64,000 bases of DNA. Origin: Chloroflexota bacterium. GTDB taxonomy: Bacteria > Chloroflexota > UBA11872 > VXOZ01. Positions 49,177 to 59,363 of this stretch are shown here, piece by piece. Position numbers and translations under genes: made by a program. Position 1 is the stretch's first letter, and every line of letters begins with the position of its first letter. Under the pieces are notes generated by a model. That model made no database searches. It was given only the letters and a program-made list of their open reading frames with translations, and was not told the DNA's origin. The stretch is from positions 704,001-768,000 of the forward strand of contig OZ219802.1 in NCBI GenBank assembly GCA_964291655.2. The letters are read 5' to 3'.

Positions 49177-51117
49177 CTACCGCGTACGGATGTCCACGGG
49201 GCCGCCGTCAATACTGCCGCCCGCCCGCGACGGCACGGCGACCTCCTCCCCTTCACTGACGCCGCTCACAATCTCCGACACTTCGCTATCGCGCACGCCA
49301 ATTACAACCACGCGGCGTTCCAGCTCATCGCCATCTCGTCGAACATAGACCACCCGCTCGTCACCCTCACGCCGTATGGCTCTATTTGGCACGAGGAGGA
49401 CGTTCTCGCGGCTCGATACCTCAATCATCGCGTTGGCAGAGAGACCGCCCCGCAGGCGTTGGCCGCCCGGCTCCAGTCGGATGGTAATGGGGAAGAGCAC
49501 GACGCCCTGCTCCGAGGTGGAAATTGGCGAGATGGTTTCCAACACGCCGGTAATCTTGACGTCAGGCGATGCATACGTATTGACAACCACCGGCTGGCCC
49601 TTCGCCACGGACTCCACGTCCGCCTCGTCTACCCGGGCGTGCATTTCGACCCGCTCCGTGCGCACCAATGTAACGACGACGGCTTCCGGCTTTTGTCCAA
49701 TGTTGCCCTCCACTGTCGCCACTACCCCGGCAAACGGTGCCCGCAAGGTGGCGTCCGCCAAGTCTTGTTGGGCCGTTTCCAAGCTTCGCTGTGCTCGCTC
49801 GACCTTCAGCCGTTCCAATTCAAGGTCCTGGGCGCTGGCGCCGGTGCGCTTATCCTGCAGGTCCAGGCGCTTGAGCTCCAGTTCATTGCGCGCCTTGGCC
49901 ACGTCCTCGCTCTTCGGCCCCTCCAGGAGTTCTGTCCGCCTGCGCTGGGCATTATCCAGGTTCAGCCGGGCGCTCTGCACTTCTCTTTCCGCAACCGTGA
50001 TGTCTTCCGCTGAGGGATTGAGCAAGGCATCAAGCCTATCCTGCGCGGCCGTAAGCGTCCGCATGGCACTGTCCACACTGCGCTGGGCCGCATGCTCGTC
50101 ATCCGTGACCGATACACTTGCACTATCGTACGAAAGCTGTGCCTCTCTCACCGCGCCCAAGAGTTCTCCCGCCTTCGTGCCCGACGGCGGGTTGGGCAGG
50201 AGTTGATCCGTCAATTTGGGGATCTCTACATCCACATCCTCTTTTGCCTCGTCGTACTTCTCTTGCGCGTCCTCTAGTGCCTGCTCGGTGAAGGTGTTAT
50301 CGAACTCTTCATCATCTTCTTTGGCTTCATCCAGGGCCTCTTCTGCATCCTCCAACTCATCGAGGAGCCTCGTAATCTCGTCCTTTATGCGCTCCCGCTC
50401 ATCGTGGTATCGGTTTCTTGCGATGAGGAGTGCATTGGCGGCCGCTTGCATCCTGGCCTCGCTGCCGCCGGCGCGCAGCGCATCCAGATTTTCCTGTGCT
50501 GCCGCCAGGGCTGATTCCGCGCTATTCACATCGTTGCGGGCTGCCGCGATGTCGCTTTCCTCGGGATTGCGCAAGGAGCCAAGCGCCTTCACGGCTCTAT
50601 CGTAGGCAACTTCGGCGCTAATTACGGCTGCTTCCGCATCGTTGATTTCGGATTGGGACGGGCCATCCAGCAGCTCGGCCAGCTTGTTCTCAGCGTCCAC
50701 AACCGCAATTTCCGCCGTCCGGATATCTTCCGGCCGTGCTCTCTCCAGCCTCTCTAGGTTCACCTCGGCAGTGCGCAAATCCGCTTCTTTTTCCTGCACC
50801 GCCACCCGGAGGTCGGTGTCGTCTATGGCGGCCAACGGGGCGTCTGCCGCCACCTCATCCCCAACAGCGACGAATATCTCACGCAGGTCTGCCGACGTGG
50901 AGAAACCGAGTCTCACTTGCTCCGGGTACACAATGCTACCGGAGGCGTTGACCGTGGTCATAATTGTCCCACGGCTCACCACCACGAATTCCGTCTCGGC
51001 GCTTTCTACGGCAGCGCCGTTAGAGTCGGTGAGGCGTGGCAATACGACGAACCTGCCAACAATGATGAGCGCTGCCACGATTACGATCAGCAGAGCGATC
51101 TTCTGCCATCTGGCCAC
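49177..51117 (-). CDS. Efflux adaptor / membrane fusion protein (HlyD/MacA family) with very long coiled coil
   Basis: N-terminal TM anchor, lipoyl half (VGDEV), long heptad region, LRAPFAGVV, VDEADV, LLVPNRAI, G.SEGEEV. Confidence 0.9.
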   Translation of the reverse strand: MARWQKIALLIVIVAALIIVGRFVVLPRLTDSNGAAVESAETEFVVVSRGTIMTTVNASGSIVYPEQVRLGFSTSADLREIFVAVGDEVAADAPLAAIDDTDLRVAVQEKEADLRTAEVNLERLERARPEDIRTAEIAVVDAENKLAELLDGPSQSEINDAEAAVISAEVAYDRAVKALGSLRNPEESDIAAARNDVNSAESALAAAQENLDALRAGGSEARMQAAANALLIARNRYHDERERIKDEITRLLDELEDAEEALDEAKEDDEEFDNTFTEQALEDAQEKYDEAKEDVDVEIPKLTDQLLPNPPSGTKAGELLGAVREAQLSYDSASVSVTDDEHAAQRSVDSAMRTLTAAQDRLDALLNPSAEDITVAEREVQSARLNLDNAQRRRTELLEGPKSEDVAKARNELELKRLDLQDKRTGASAQDLELERLKVERAQRSLETAQQDLADATLRAPFAGVVATVEGNIGQKPEAVVVTLVRTERVEMHARVDEADVESVAKGQPVVVNTYASPDVKITGVLETISPISTSEQGVVLFPITIRLEPGGQRLRGGLSANAMIEVSSRENVLLVPNRAIRREGDERVVYVRRDGDELERRVVVIGVRDSEVSEIVSGVSEGEEVAVPSRAGGSIDGGPVDIRTR

Positions 51118-51470
51118 TGAATTCTCTCCATGCGTTCACGCTGAATAGATTACTTGGATCTTCAGATTCGTGTGGCCTCGCCCGCTGCAATGCGCATCCT
51201 AGCGGCCAAGAACCACTGGGGAGAATATGCTACGCTAAACTCATTGTATCAATCTCACATGAGCGGTTGCCAGGACTGCTCGAGGCACCTACGAGCTGAC
51301 GCACGACACGCCATCATACGAATCCCCTATTCGAATCGTGCACGGTGTGTGAGTTCACTATTAACGAGTATAAGATGTAACTTGAAATTGTGCAAGTTCA
51401 TCTTTATTATTATGGCACTTGGCACCAACTATCTTTGACAATTACAACATAGTAATTTTGTACGGCGCAA

Positions 51471-51526
51471 TCAACGTACGTTGCAGGCAGTCAACATACG
51501 TTGCAGGCAGTCAACATACGTTGCAG
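51471..51526 (+). repeat. 20-bp tandem repeat with palindromic core, 2.8 copies
   Basis: tcaacgtacgttgcaggcag / tcaacatacgttgcaggcag / tcaacatacgttgcag. Confidence 0.9.
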
Positions 51527-51560
51527 TTTGAAGCAAAAGTGAGGAACCGGGAGAGGAAGC

Positions 51561-52355
51561 ATGGGTTCGCAAACTCTTGAAGGTCGCTCAGCCATAGTGA
51601 CCGGTGGTAGTCGTGGGATAGGGAGAGCGATTGGTTTCGCTCTGGCCGGTCAAGGCGCAAACGTGACCCTTGTGGCGCGTACGTCTACCGACCTGGACGC
51701 GGCAGCCCGCGCGATCTCTCAAGACACGGGACGCCAAGCAATCGGCATTGCCGCTGACGTAACGGCGCGCAGCGCTATTCAAGGCGCGCTGCAGACGGCC
51801 GACAAGGAGTTCGGTCGGCTGGACATTCTGGTTGCCTGTGCGGGCGGCGGCACTGTTGGCGGCACCTTGGACGTGCCGGACGCTGCCTGGGAAGAGCAAA
51901 TCCGACTCAAGCTGCTTGGTTACATTCGCGCTGCGCGTGAGGCAGTCCCCTACATGCGGCAGAACGGCGGCGGCGCTATTGTGCTCATTGGCGGCGGCTC
52001 CGCACACGATCCGTCAACTCGACTTGCCATCGCCAGTGTGATGAACGCTGGTCTCCTGGCATTTACCAAGACTTTTGCCGATGAAGTTGCCAAGGACCGT
52101 ATCCGCATCGTTATGGTCAATCCCGGCCTCACGGAAACCGGCCTCATCGATGACATGGCCCGGCAGGCCGAACAGTTACGGGGCATACCAGCGCAACAAG
52201 CGGCAGCCGAGATGCGCGCGCCCAACCCCTTGGGTCGCGTGACGCTCCCGGCAGACGTAGCCAACCTGGTGACATTCCTCGTCTCAGATCAGGCGTCCAT
52301 GATCACCGGTACGTCGATCGACATTGATGCCGGCGCGCGCCGAGGTCTGGCGTGA
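51561..52355 (+). CDS. Short-chain dehydrogenase/reductase
   Basis: TGGSRGIG, GRLDILV, NPG.TET, PLGR, ITG..I.IDAG; YxxxK replaced by SVMN. Confidence 0.9.
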   Translation: MGSQTLEGRSAIVTGGSRGIGRAIGFALAGQGANVTLVARTSTDLDAAARAISQDTGRQAIGIAADVTARSAIQGALQTADKEFGRLDILVACAGGGTVGGTLDVPDAAWEEQIRLKLLGYIRAAREAVPYMRQNGGGAIVLIGGGSAHDPSTRLAIASVMNAGLLAFTKTFADEVAKDRIRIVMVNPGLTETGLIDDMARQAEQLRGIPAQQAAAEMRAPNPLGRVTLPADVANLVTFLVSDQASMITGTSIDIDAGARRGLA

Positions 52356-52602
52356 AGATTGAACCCAAGCGTTTTCACGGCGCTGTTTTATTGGATTCCT
52401 CTGCACAACCCAGGCCAGCACAACCCAGACCGGCTAGGGTGAATACACCTTCTCCCTGGAGAGAGGACCGGGGTGAGGGGAGACTCCTTTCAATTTGGCC
52501 CAGTTGCTCGTGTCCCTTAGAGTTGCGCAAAGTTCTCCATTGGGCGTGTGACCGCCTGTCAAGATCGTCTTCTAAGCAATTGGCACGCTCGGCAGTGTAA
52601 GC

Positions 52603-53796
52603 ATGGATACCACTTCTCTCATTGTTGGCGGGGCGGCGGGACTGATTCTCGGCATTGCCCTTGCTGCGCTCTTTAGCCTGTGGCGCAAGCGTACTGCGGA
52701 GGTGATCGGCGAACGCCTGCGCGCGCAGACCGAGCGCGCCCAGCAGGAGCAAGTGCAGACGCTCCTAAATCACATGGCCGACCAGTTCAGCAGCCTCTCC
52801 TTGCAGGCGCTCAATCAGAGCACAAGCCAACTGGTGCAGCTTGCCAAAAGCCAGCTCGGCGCGCAGCAGACGCAGTCCACGCAAGAGCTCGACAGCAAGA
52901 AGCACCTGATCGATCAGCAACTCAATCAGATGAGTGCGACCCTCGGCCAGGTGCGCTCGTTGATGACGGACATGCAGGCGCAAAGCGGGGAGAGGCTGAG
53001 CGCTCTGACAACGGAGATCCGCAACACCGCCGATCAGACGAAGCAGCTTACGGAGACGACAAACTCGCTGCGGGAAACGCTGGCCAACAGCCGCGCCCGC
53101 GGCGCCTGGGGCGAGCGCATGGCGGAGGACGTGCTCAGGGCCGCCGGCTTGCTCCCCAATATCCACTACACTAAGCAGACGACGACCGCGGCGGGGACAC
53201 GTCCCGACTTCACCTTCAAGCTTCCCAAAGACCTCAACCTCAATATGGACGTCAAGTTCCCGCTTGATAACTATCTGCGATCACTTGAAACTGAAGGCGA
53301 TACTGAACGGGAGCAGTTTGAGCAGCAGTTTCTCCGCGACGTGCGCGGCCACGTGAAAGCTGTTGCCTCCCGTGAATACATCGACCCGGAATCCGGCACG
53401 GTGGACTGCGCTATACTTTTCATCCCACTGGAACAAGTGTACGGCTTTATCTTCCAGCGCGATAGCACGCTCTTGGAGAACAGCCTGGAGAGCCGCGTCG
53501 TCTTGTGCTCACCCTTCAGCCTCTTTGGCGTGCTCAGCGTCATTCGCCAGGCTAGCGAGTCGTTTTCGATGCAGCAGACTGCGGGCGAAATGCTCACTTT
53601 GCTGGCCGCGTTTTCGAAGGAATGGTCGCGCTACGCCGACGCGCTGGAGAAACTGGAGAGCGACCTCCAACGTCTGTCCAACGACTTCGACACCCTCACC
53701 GGCACCCGCCGCCGCGCCATGGACCGGCAACTGCTGAAGCTGGAAAACCTGCGCATGCCGGAAACTAGCCAACGGGACGACCCGGCAACGGAGTGA
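52603..53796 (+). CDS. rmuC: DNA recombination protein RmuC
   Basis: N-terminal TM and coiled coil; RGAWGE, RPD...LP, DVKFP, REY, FIPLE, CSP. Confidence 0.9.
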   Translation: MDTTSLIVGGAAGLILGIALAALFSLWRKRTAEVIGERLRAQTERAQQEQVQTLLNHMADQFSSLSLQALNQSTSQLVQLAKSQLGAQQTQSTQELDSKKHLIDQQLNQMSATLGQVRSLMTDMQAQSGERLSALTTEIRNTADQTKQLTETTNSLRETLANSRARGAWGERMAEDVLRAAGLLPNIHYTKQTTTAAGTRPDFTFKLPKDLNLNMDVKFPLDNYLRSLETEGDTEREQFEQQFLRDVRGHVKAVASREYIDPESGTVDCAILFIPLEQVYGFIFQRDSTLLENSLESRVVLCSPFSLFGVLSVIRQASESFSMQQTAGEMLTLLAAFSKEWSRYADALEKLESDLQRLSNDFDTLTGTRRRAMDRQLLKLENLRMPETSQRDDPATE

Positions 53797-53889
53797 TAAT
53801 CATCCTGAATTGTACACTCCTGAAAACCTGCAAATCCCCCTGCCAGTGAGCTTGGCCAAAAAGCCCGTGGGCGAAAATCGAACACTGGA

Positions 53890-56391
53890 TCACCTTGACC
53901 TGCTACGGAACTCAGCTATTGACCCGTAATACCAACGGTTGATAATTGGTTCGGCAATAGCTGCATCTCTTGGGGTTGCAGCATCGGTCACAAAGGCTTC
54001 TCTTACAAGGCACACGGCCCGCTCCATGTCAACGCAGACATCTTCGTGCGCCTCATCGCGGGCCTTGAGGTGCAAGCGGCGAAAACTCTGGCGGAACGCC
54101 CAATCCCCCAGGTTGGTATAGAGGTCCACGAATAGTCCGAATCCCATGACGTACGGACAGTCCCCCGTAAGATAGAAGGGGCCATCGACCTCATCGTCCG
54201 GTCTGGGCTTAAGTTCGATTTTGTCGATTTCAATGAGGCTATTGAATGTCCGACACAATGAGAGCTCGACATTCTCTATCATTAAGGGGTCACCAACTGA
54301 AGCCGCGCGCAGCATTTCCGCACCGCCCTCGCCGAGCCATGGGGAATTACCCAGGAAATACTTATGCGCCACTTCATGCGCAACAAGGTGTACGTCGTTT
54401 TCGCCCCCGGGATCAATAGCAATCATGCTACCTGGGAATGAACCTCCTCCGCTGGATGGGGTGATCTCCGCCGCCAAAATGCCAACGTACTTGAGTGGGA
54501 ATAGCTCGAGCATGAATTCCTCCTGCATGCGCATCGCATGTTCCAGATTATCCATGGTGTGGAACTTTCCTAGTCTGGTGTGAGCGACTGCTAGGCGTAT
54601 CGGTCCGGCACGAGGCAGAAGGATAATCCGTTCCTCGACTGTGGACTTTCTCGGATCCAGCAAGGCATCGAATACTTCAGGGAATCCTTCCCTTGGATCA
54701 TATCTGACAGTCAAAGGCAAGAATGTGATGCGAGCCCTATGGTTATCTGTTACTCCCCCGCGCAGGGTCGGCTGAGACATTACCTCCCAGAAGTAATCTC
54801 GTTCGCCCGGTATACGTAAGCGACTCAAAGAACTCAACGCTGCGGCATCAAACCCATCGACACTTCCCAAGAATGGCATCTCAAGAATGGAAAGCGCCAA
54901 TGGTTCGTCCGGATTAGGACTGCTTCTAGAGATTCCCATGAGGCTCCAAATCACATCTTGTTCGCTCTTGGTGAGGCCGTCTCTCACCCAAGCTTTCAGC
55001 ACAAGGGCCGGGAGTAACTGCTGCGTTCCTTGCGACGCCTCATGCAGCGTGGTAATAGCCTCTTCTTCGGTGGGGTCAATTCCATCCTTCACCCACGGCA
55101 AGGTGTCGATGGCGGCTGCTAACTCAGGGGATCGTTTACCTACAGCAAGCAACTCCACGGTCGCTCGCTGGCCGTCCTCGATGCCGCCTTGGAGCGCCGG
55201 GTGAGCAAGCAACGCTCTCAGATCCTGGTGACTGTTTGGGCTGTATTGAACTACGGTATATAAGGCATCCAAAATGCTCGCATCGTTGGCGGTCGCGTTT
55301 GTCTTTAGAAACGGCATTTCTAGAATCTGCAGAGTTATCTCTGGGTGTCTAATGACGAACCCGGGTATACGGAGGATTACCTGTTCTTCCCACTTTGCTA
55401 ACTCGTCCAAGAGCCATGGCTTGCTCACCAATGCCAGCCCGACTTCTTGCGATCTTAGTGCTATGTCCACCAAGCTGAGCACCGCGCCTTCTTCTCTTTC
55501 AACTGGGTCTCCAGCGAGGGAAAAGTCATTGGATGTTGGACGCCTACCGACTCCGTCTCGGACCCATGGCAAGGCTTCTATCGCCTTGGCTGCCTCCGGG
55601 TGCTCAAGGCCAAGGACGAGCAACGCGAAGGTTGTTATGTGGTCGTCCGTGATGCCGTCAGGCAACCGCGGGTGAGAGAGAATCTGCCGCAGGCCGGTTG
55701 GGTCTGATTGAGTCAGTCTGCTGACATGCCTGAGCACTCTGTGGTCAGCTCCTTGATGTGGAGTGCTCATGAAGGGCATCTGTACGACTTTCAATGCAGT
55801 CTCCCAGTCCACTTGAGCTATGTCAGCAATGTAATTGACCTCTATAGTGCTTCGAAGATCATTCCCGGACTGATCCAGCAGCTTCCAAAACACCGGCTGA
55901 GATACTCTCGCGATACGACGCAGTCCATCGACAATTTCCGGTTCCCTTTTGACAATAGGTAAATTCATTAGCGATTGTATTGCCTGTTCCACCAAGATTA
56001 CCGATTCCGGGCTGGGAGTAGGTTCTGGAGTAGAAGCGGGAATCGCAATGCCGCCGCCGGGGGCATAGTCGGCCTCCCAAGAAAAGCGTTCGGTGTTGAG
56101 GCGTTGCACCAGGCCGTTGGGGCCGTTGATCCAAGTGCGGTAGCCGTCGGTGAAGGCGGTCCAGTTGTCTGCCTTGCGCCAGACCAGCAGGCCGCCGGTG
56201 GTATGTTGCAGGGCGTCACCGTTGGCGCCGTGGTGCTCGTTCTCCAAACACTCACCGACGATGTCATGGCCGATGAGTTCGCGCAGCATCTTGAAGCCGA
56301 GGACGAACTGGCAGTCCGCCGCCGTGACCGAGCTAGGCAGAAACAGGAACAGGGCAGTGGCGAGGATGATTGCAAGACGCCAAGACTTCAT
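53890..56391 (-). CDS. Secreted repeat-containing protein with C-terminal gluzincin-like (HExxH) domain
   Basis: Signal peptide, Cys-containing N-terminal module, PT linker, internal repeats, VAHEVAH...WLGEGGAE. Confidence 0.75.
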   Translation of the reverse strand: MKSWRLAIILATALFLFLPSSVTAADCQFVLGFKMLRELIGHDIVGECLENEHHGANGDALQHTTGGLLVWRKADNWTAFTDGYRTWINGPNGLVQRLNTERFSWEADYAPGGGIAIPASTPEPTPSPESVILVEQAIQSLMNLPIVKREPEIVDGLRRIARVSQPVFWKLLDQSGNDLRSTIEVNYIADIAQVDWETALKVVQMPFMSTPHQGADHRVLRHVSRLTQSDPTGLRQILSHPRLPDGITDDHITTFALLVLGLEHPEAAKAIEALPWVRDGVGRRPTSNDFSLAGDPVEREEGAVLSLVDIALRSQEVGLALVSKPWLLDELAKWEEQVILRIPGFVIRHPEITLQILEMPFLKTNATANDASILDALYTVVQYSPNSHQDLRALLAHPALQGGIEDGQRATVELLAVGKRSPELAAAIDTLPWVKDGIDPTEEEAITTLHEASQGTQQLLPALVLKAWVRDGLTKSEQDVIWSLMGISRSSPNPDEPLALSILEMPFLGSVDGFDAAALSSLSRLRIPGERDYFWEVMSQPTLRGGVTDNHRARITFLPLTVRYDPREGFPEVFDALLDPRKSTVEERIILLPRAGPIRLAVAHTRLGKFHTMDNLEHAMRMQEEFMLELFPLKYVGILAAEITPSSGGGSFPGSMIAIDPGGENDVHLVAHEVAHKYFLGNSPWLGEGGAEMLRAASVGDPLMIENVELSLCRTFNSLIEIDKIELKPRPDDEVDGPFYLTGDCPYVMGFGLFVDLYTNLGDWAFRQSFRRLHLKARDEAHEDVCVDMERAVCLVREAFVTDAATPRDAAIAEPIINRWYYGSIAEFRSRSR

Positions 56392-56789
56392 CTCTTCGGA
56401 ATCTCTCCCACAAGGCAAAGTTTCCCATACATTCAGATGTGTAGTACCAGTATACATGAACCAATAGAAAGGATATTGATACCTCCCACGATCCGCACCA
56501 TAGTAGCTGGCGATGCGTCAGTTTATGCCCGCGTTAGAAGATGCATGGGTATCCTGGATCCACAAGATCAAAAGATAATTTGCAATCCGGGAAAGGACGA
56601 AGCTTGTTAGAAGAAGAGAGGGCTAGCATGCAAAGCCAGCGTGTCGGGCGACACTAAGAGAGCTCACTGCCAAGACAGTTGGTTGAGTTTTGAGATCCCT
56701 TTTTGAAGGATCGCTTCAACTGGGAGAGGCATCCTGTCTCAGTAGTCCAAACCAAATGTCACAAGCCACAGTCGGATATACTGAGTGGC

Positions 56790-56975
56790 ATGTACGATGC
56801 TCTCGCGGGATTTCTCCAAGAATTCAGCAGCCAGTATCCACTGTTGTGGGCCTTGCTGGTCATGGCAGTGGTGGCGAGCACGGCACTGAGCCTCTACGCC
56901 CTCTGGGAACTGGTCCTGCGGTGGGCCATATCTGCGTGGGCCGGCAGCCGGTCCAGGGCCAGCGGGCGAGGGTAA
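56790..56975 (+). CDS. Small membrane protein preceding TauE
   Basis: 61-aa hydrophobic ORF whose stop is 2 nt before the TauE ATG. Confidence 0.55.
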   Translation: MYDALAGFLQEFSSQYPLLWALLVMAVVASTALSLYALWELVLRWAISAWAGSRSRASGRG

Positions 56976-56977
56976 GC

Positions 56978-58036
56978 ATGCTATTCCCCAATGCCGGCGT
57001 GATGGTAGACCCGGTGCTCCTCGTGTTGCTGGGTCTGATTGTCGGTACCCTTGGCGGCTTCTTTGGCGTAGGGGGCGGGTTCCTGATTACCGGGGGGCTG
57101 CTGGTCTTTGGCGTGCCGCCTATCTTCGCGGTGGGCACCGGGCTCACCCTGGTGATGGGATCCTCCATCATCAACATGCTGAAGCACAAGGGCCTGGGCC
57201 ACGTGGACTTCAGGCTGGGACTGCTGATGGTCTGCGGCACCGTGCCCGGCGAGATTCTGGCCGAGCGACTGAACGTGGCCTTGCTCGAGGCGGGTATCAT
57301 CGGCCCGGTGATCCGGTACGTCTACGTCATCTTCCTGGGAGCCCTGGGATCGTTCATCGTTTACGACTACTTCAAGGTGCGCCGCAGCAGCGGGGCGGCC
57401 GGCGACGCGGTGTCCACGGCAAGCCTGGCGCGCAAGGTGCAAGCGCTGCAAATCCCGCCCCATGCCATCTGGCTGCCGGGGCGGGGGATCACGCCCACGC
57501 GGGTGTCGCTGCCCTTATCGGGGATTGGGAGCATTTCGGTATTCGTGCCCTTCAGCATTGGCTTTGGCGTGGGCTTCATGGCCGGGCTACTAGGGGCGGG
57601 CGGCGGGTTTATTCTCATGCCCCTGCTGGTCTACGTGGTGGGCGTCCCCACCGTCATGGCAATCGGCACCGACCTGTTCCAGATTATCATCACCGGCTCG
57701 GTGGGCACCTTCATATACGCCCTGGGTAACCATGTGGACCTGCTCATGGCCATCATCATGTTGACCGCCGCCTCGGCGGGTGCGCAAGTCGGAGCTACGG
57801 CAACCCGCTTCGTAGACCCTGGGCGGATACGCGGGTTATTTGGCGTGACCGTGCTCAGCGGCGGCGCGGCGGTGGCGCTGAAGGAGCTTTCCGAAAGCGT
57901 GAGCCAACTGCACTTTCTGGACTCGGTAGCATCTGTGCTGCTGCTTGGTGTGTCCGGCGCCATCTGCCTGGTGATCGCCGGGTTGTTGCTGCGGGCGGCT
58001 CGCAAGAAGCCGGCTTCCGATGAGGTGAGCACCTGA
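56978..58036 (+). CDS. Sulfite exporter TauE/SafE family protein
   Basis: Duplicated GFFGVGGGF / GLLGAGGGF..P motifs, AVGT/AIGT, G.VD. Confidence 0.9.
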   Translation: MLFPNAGVMVDPVLLVLLGLIVGTLGGFFGVGGGFLITGGLLVFGVPPIFAVGTGLTLVMGSSIINMLKHKGLGHVDFRLGLLMVCGTVPGEILAERLNVALLEAGIIGPVIRYVYVIFLGALGSFIVYDYFKVRRSSGAAGDAVSTASLARKVQALQIPPHAIWLPGRGITPTRVSLPLSGIGSISVFVPFSIGFGVGFMAGLLGAGGGFILMPLLVYVVGVPTVMAIGTDLFQIIITGSVGTFIYALGNHVDLLMAIIMLTAASAGAQVGATATRFVDPGRIRGLFGVTVLSGGAAVALKELSESVSQLHFLDSVASVLLLGVSGAICLVIAGLLLRAARKKPASDEVST

Positions 58037-58301
58037 TTCGACTGCACTCTCTTGCGTAGAACCAGGACCTGCTGACGGGTCGCGGGAGAATCGTAACAGA
58101 GGTAGCTGCAGTTGTTTCTGGCATCCTCTTTTCGTCGGCATGAATGCTATACTTAAGTACGCTCGCATTGTCTTCTGTCCTCTCGCAATTGACCGTCAGT
58201 TAGCCGCGACTGTAGGTGCCCAGCAAGACGCACTTTGAGTTTGCTGTTTGCCGAGAGACGCAGCAACGCAAGAGATTCACACAATCTGGGGAGACCGATT
58301 C

Positions 58302-59363
58302 ATGCCCGCTGAAACTGGAATTGTCCGCGTACCGGCCACAACTATGGAAGAGTTCGACACGGAAGCATTCTGCAAAGTCGGCATGCTGCCGGGGGAAGCA
58401 TCACTCGTGGCGCAGTCGCTGGTGCACGCCGATCTCACCGGCGTCTTTACCCACGGCAGCAACTTTCTGCCGTTGTACACCAACTGGATCCAAGTTGGAT
58501 CGATTGACCCGACAGCTTCGCCTGAAGTTGTGTCAGACAACGGCGCCACGGCCGTCATCAGCGCGCGCAATGCTATGGGGCAGGTGGCGGGCGTACAGGC
58601 CATGGACCTGGCAATTGAGAAAGCCAAGCAATTCGGCATAGGCGCCGTGGGTGTGCGGGAGAGTAATCACTTTGGCGCAGCAGCTTACTACACCATGCGC
58701 GCCATCGACCACGACGCCATCGGCTTTTGTTCCACCAACGGCATCCAGGTGATGGCGCCCTACGGCGGCGTTACGCCCAGCTTGAGCAACACCCCCATCG
58801 CCTACGCCATTCCGGCCCAGGAGGAGCGCCCGCTCATGCTCGACATGGCGGTGAGCGTCGTGGCAGCAGGCAAAGTGGCATTGGCGAAGCGCAAGGGCGA
58901 GTCAATTCCTCTCGACTGGGCCCTGACTGACGAGGGCGTTCCCACTACGGATCCCAGCATCGCCACGCTCATGGCGCCAGTGGGCGGTCCCAAGGGCTAC
59001 GGCCTGGCGGTGGTGCTCGACGCGCTGTGCGGCGTGCTCACGGGCGCGCTCTTCGGTCAGGACGTGCGCCGGGGCGGCATTCCCAATACGCCGCAGGCCA
59101 TGGGCCAACTCTTCATGGCGCTCGACATCGGCCACATGATGCCCGTGGAGGAATTCAAGCAGCGTATTGACGTCCAAATCCGCCAAATGCGCGATTCCGA
59201 TAAGGCCAAAGGCGTCGACCGCGTTTACCTGCCCGGCGAGATTGAATTGGAGCGCAAAGAGCACTTCTTGCGCGACGGTATTGCCTTTGCAACTCAAATC
59301 GTGGAAGACCTGGATGCCATGGCAGACACCTACAGCATCCCAACACTGTCAAGCCGACTATAG
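58302..59363 (+). CDS. Ldh_2 family 2-hydroxyacid dehydrogenase (ComC/AllD/YiaK-like)
   Basis: HADLTGV.THG, SNHFGA, NTPIA, LDMA, GGPKGYGL, LPGE.E. Confidence 0.9.
   Translation: MPAETGIVRVPATTMEEFDTEAFCKVGMLPGEASLVAQSLVHADLTGVFTHGSNFLPLYTNWIQVGSIDPTASPEVVSDNGATAVISARNAMGQVAGVQAMDLAIEKAKQFGIGAVGVRESNHFGAAAYYTMRAIDHDAIGFCSTNGIQVMAPYGGVTPSLSNTPIAYAIPAQEERPLMLDMAVSVVAAGKVALAKRKGESIPLDWALTDEGVPTTDPSIATLMAPVGGPKGYGLAVVLDALCGVLTGALFGQDVRRGGIPNTPQAMGQLFMALDIGHMMPVEEFKQRIDVQIRQMRDSDKAKGVDRVYLPGEIELERKEHFLRDGIAFATQIVEDLDAMADTYSIPTLSSRL

Noticed and set aside
51471-51526. Possible mini CRISPR array
   Set aside because: Repeats are directly adjacent with no unique spacers, and no cas genes are present
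52403-52432. 15-bp tandem duplication gcacaacccagRccR
   Set aside because: Only two imperfect copies, most simply explained by slippage
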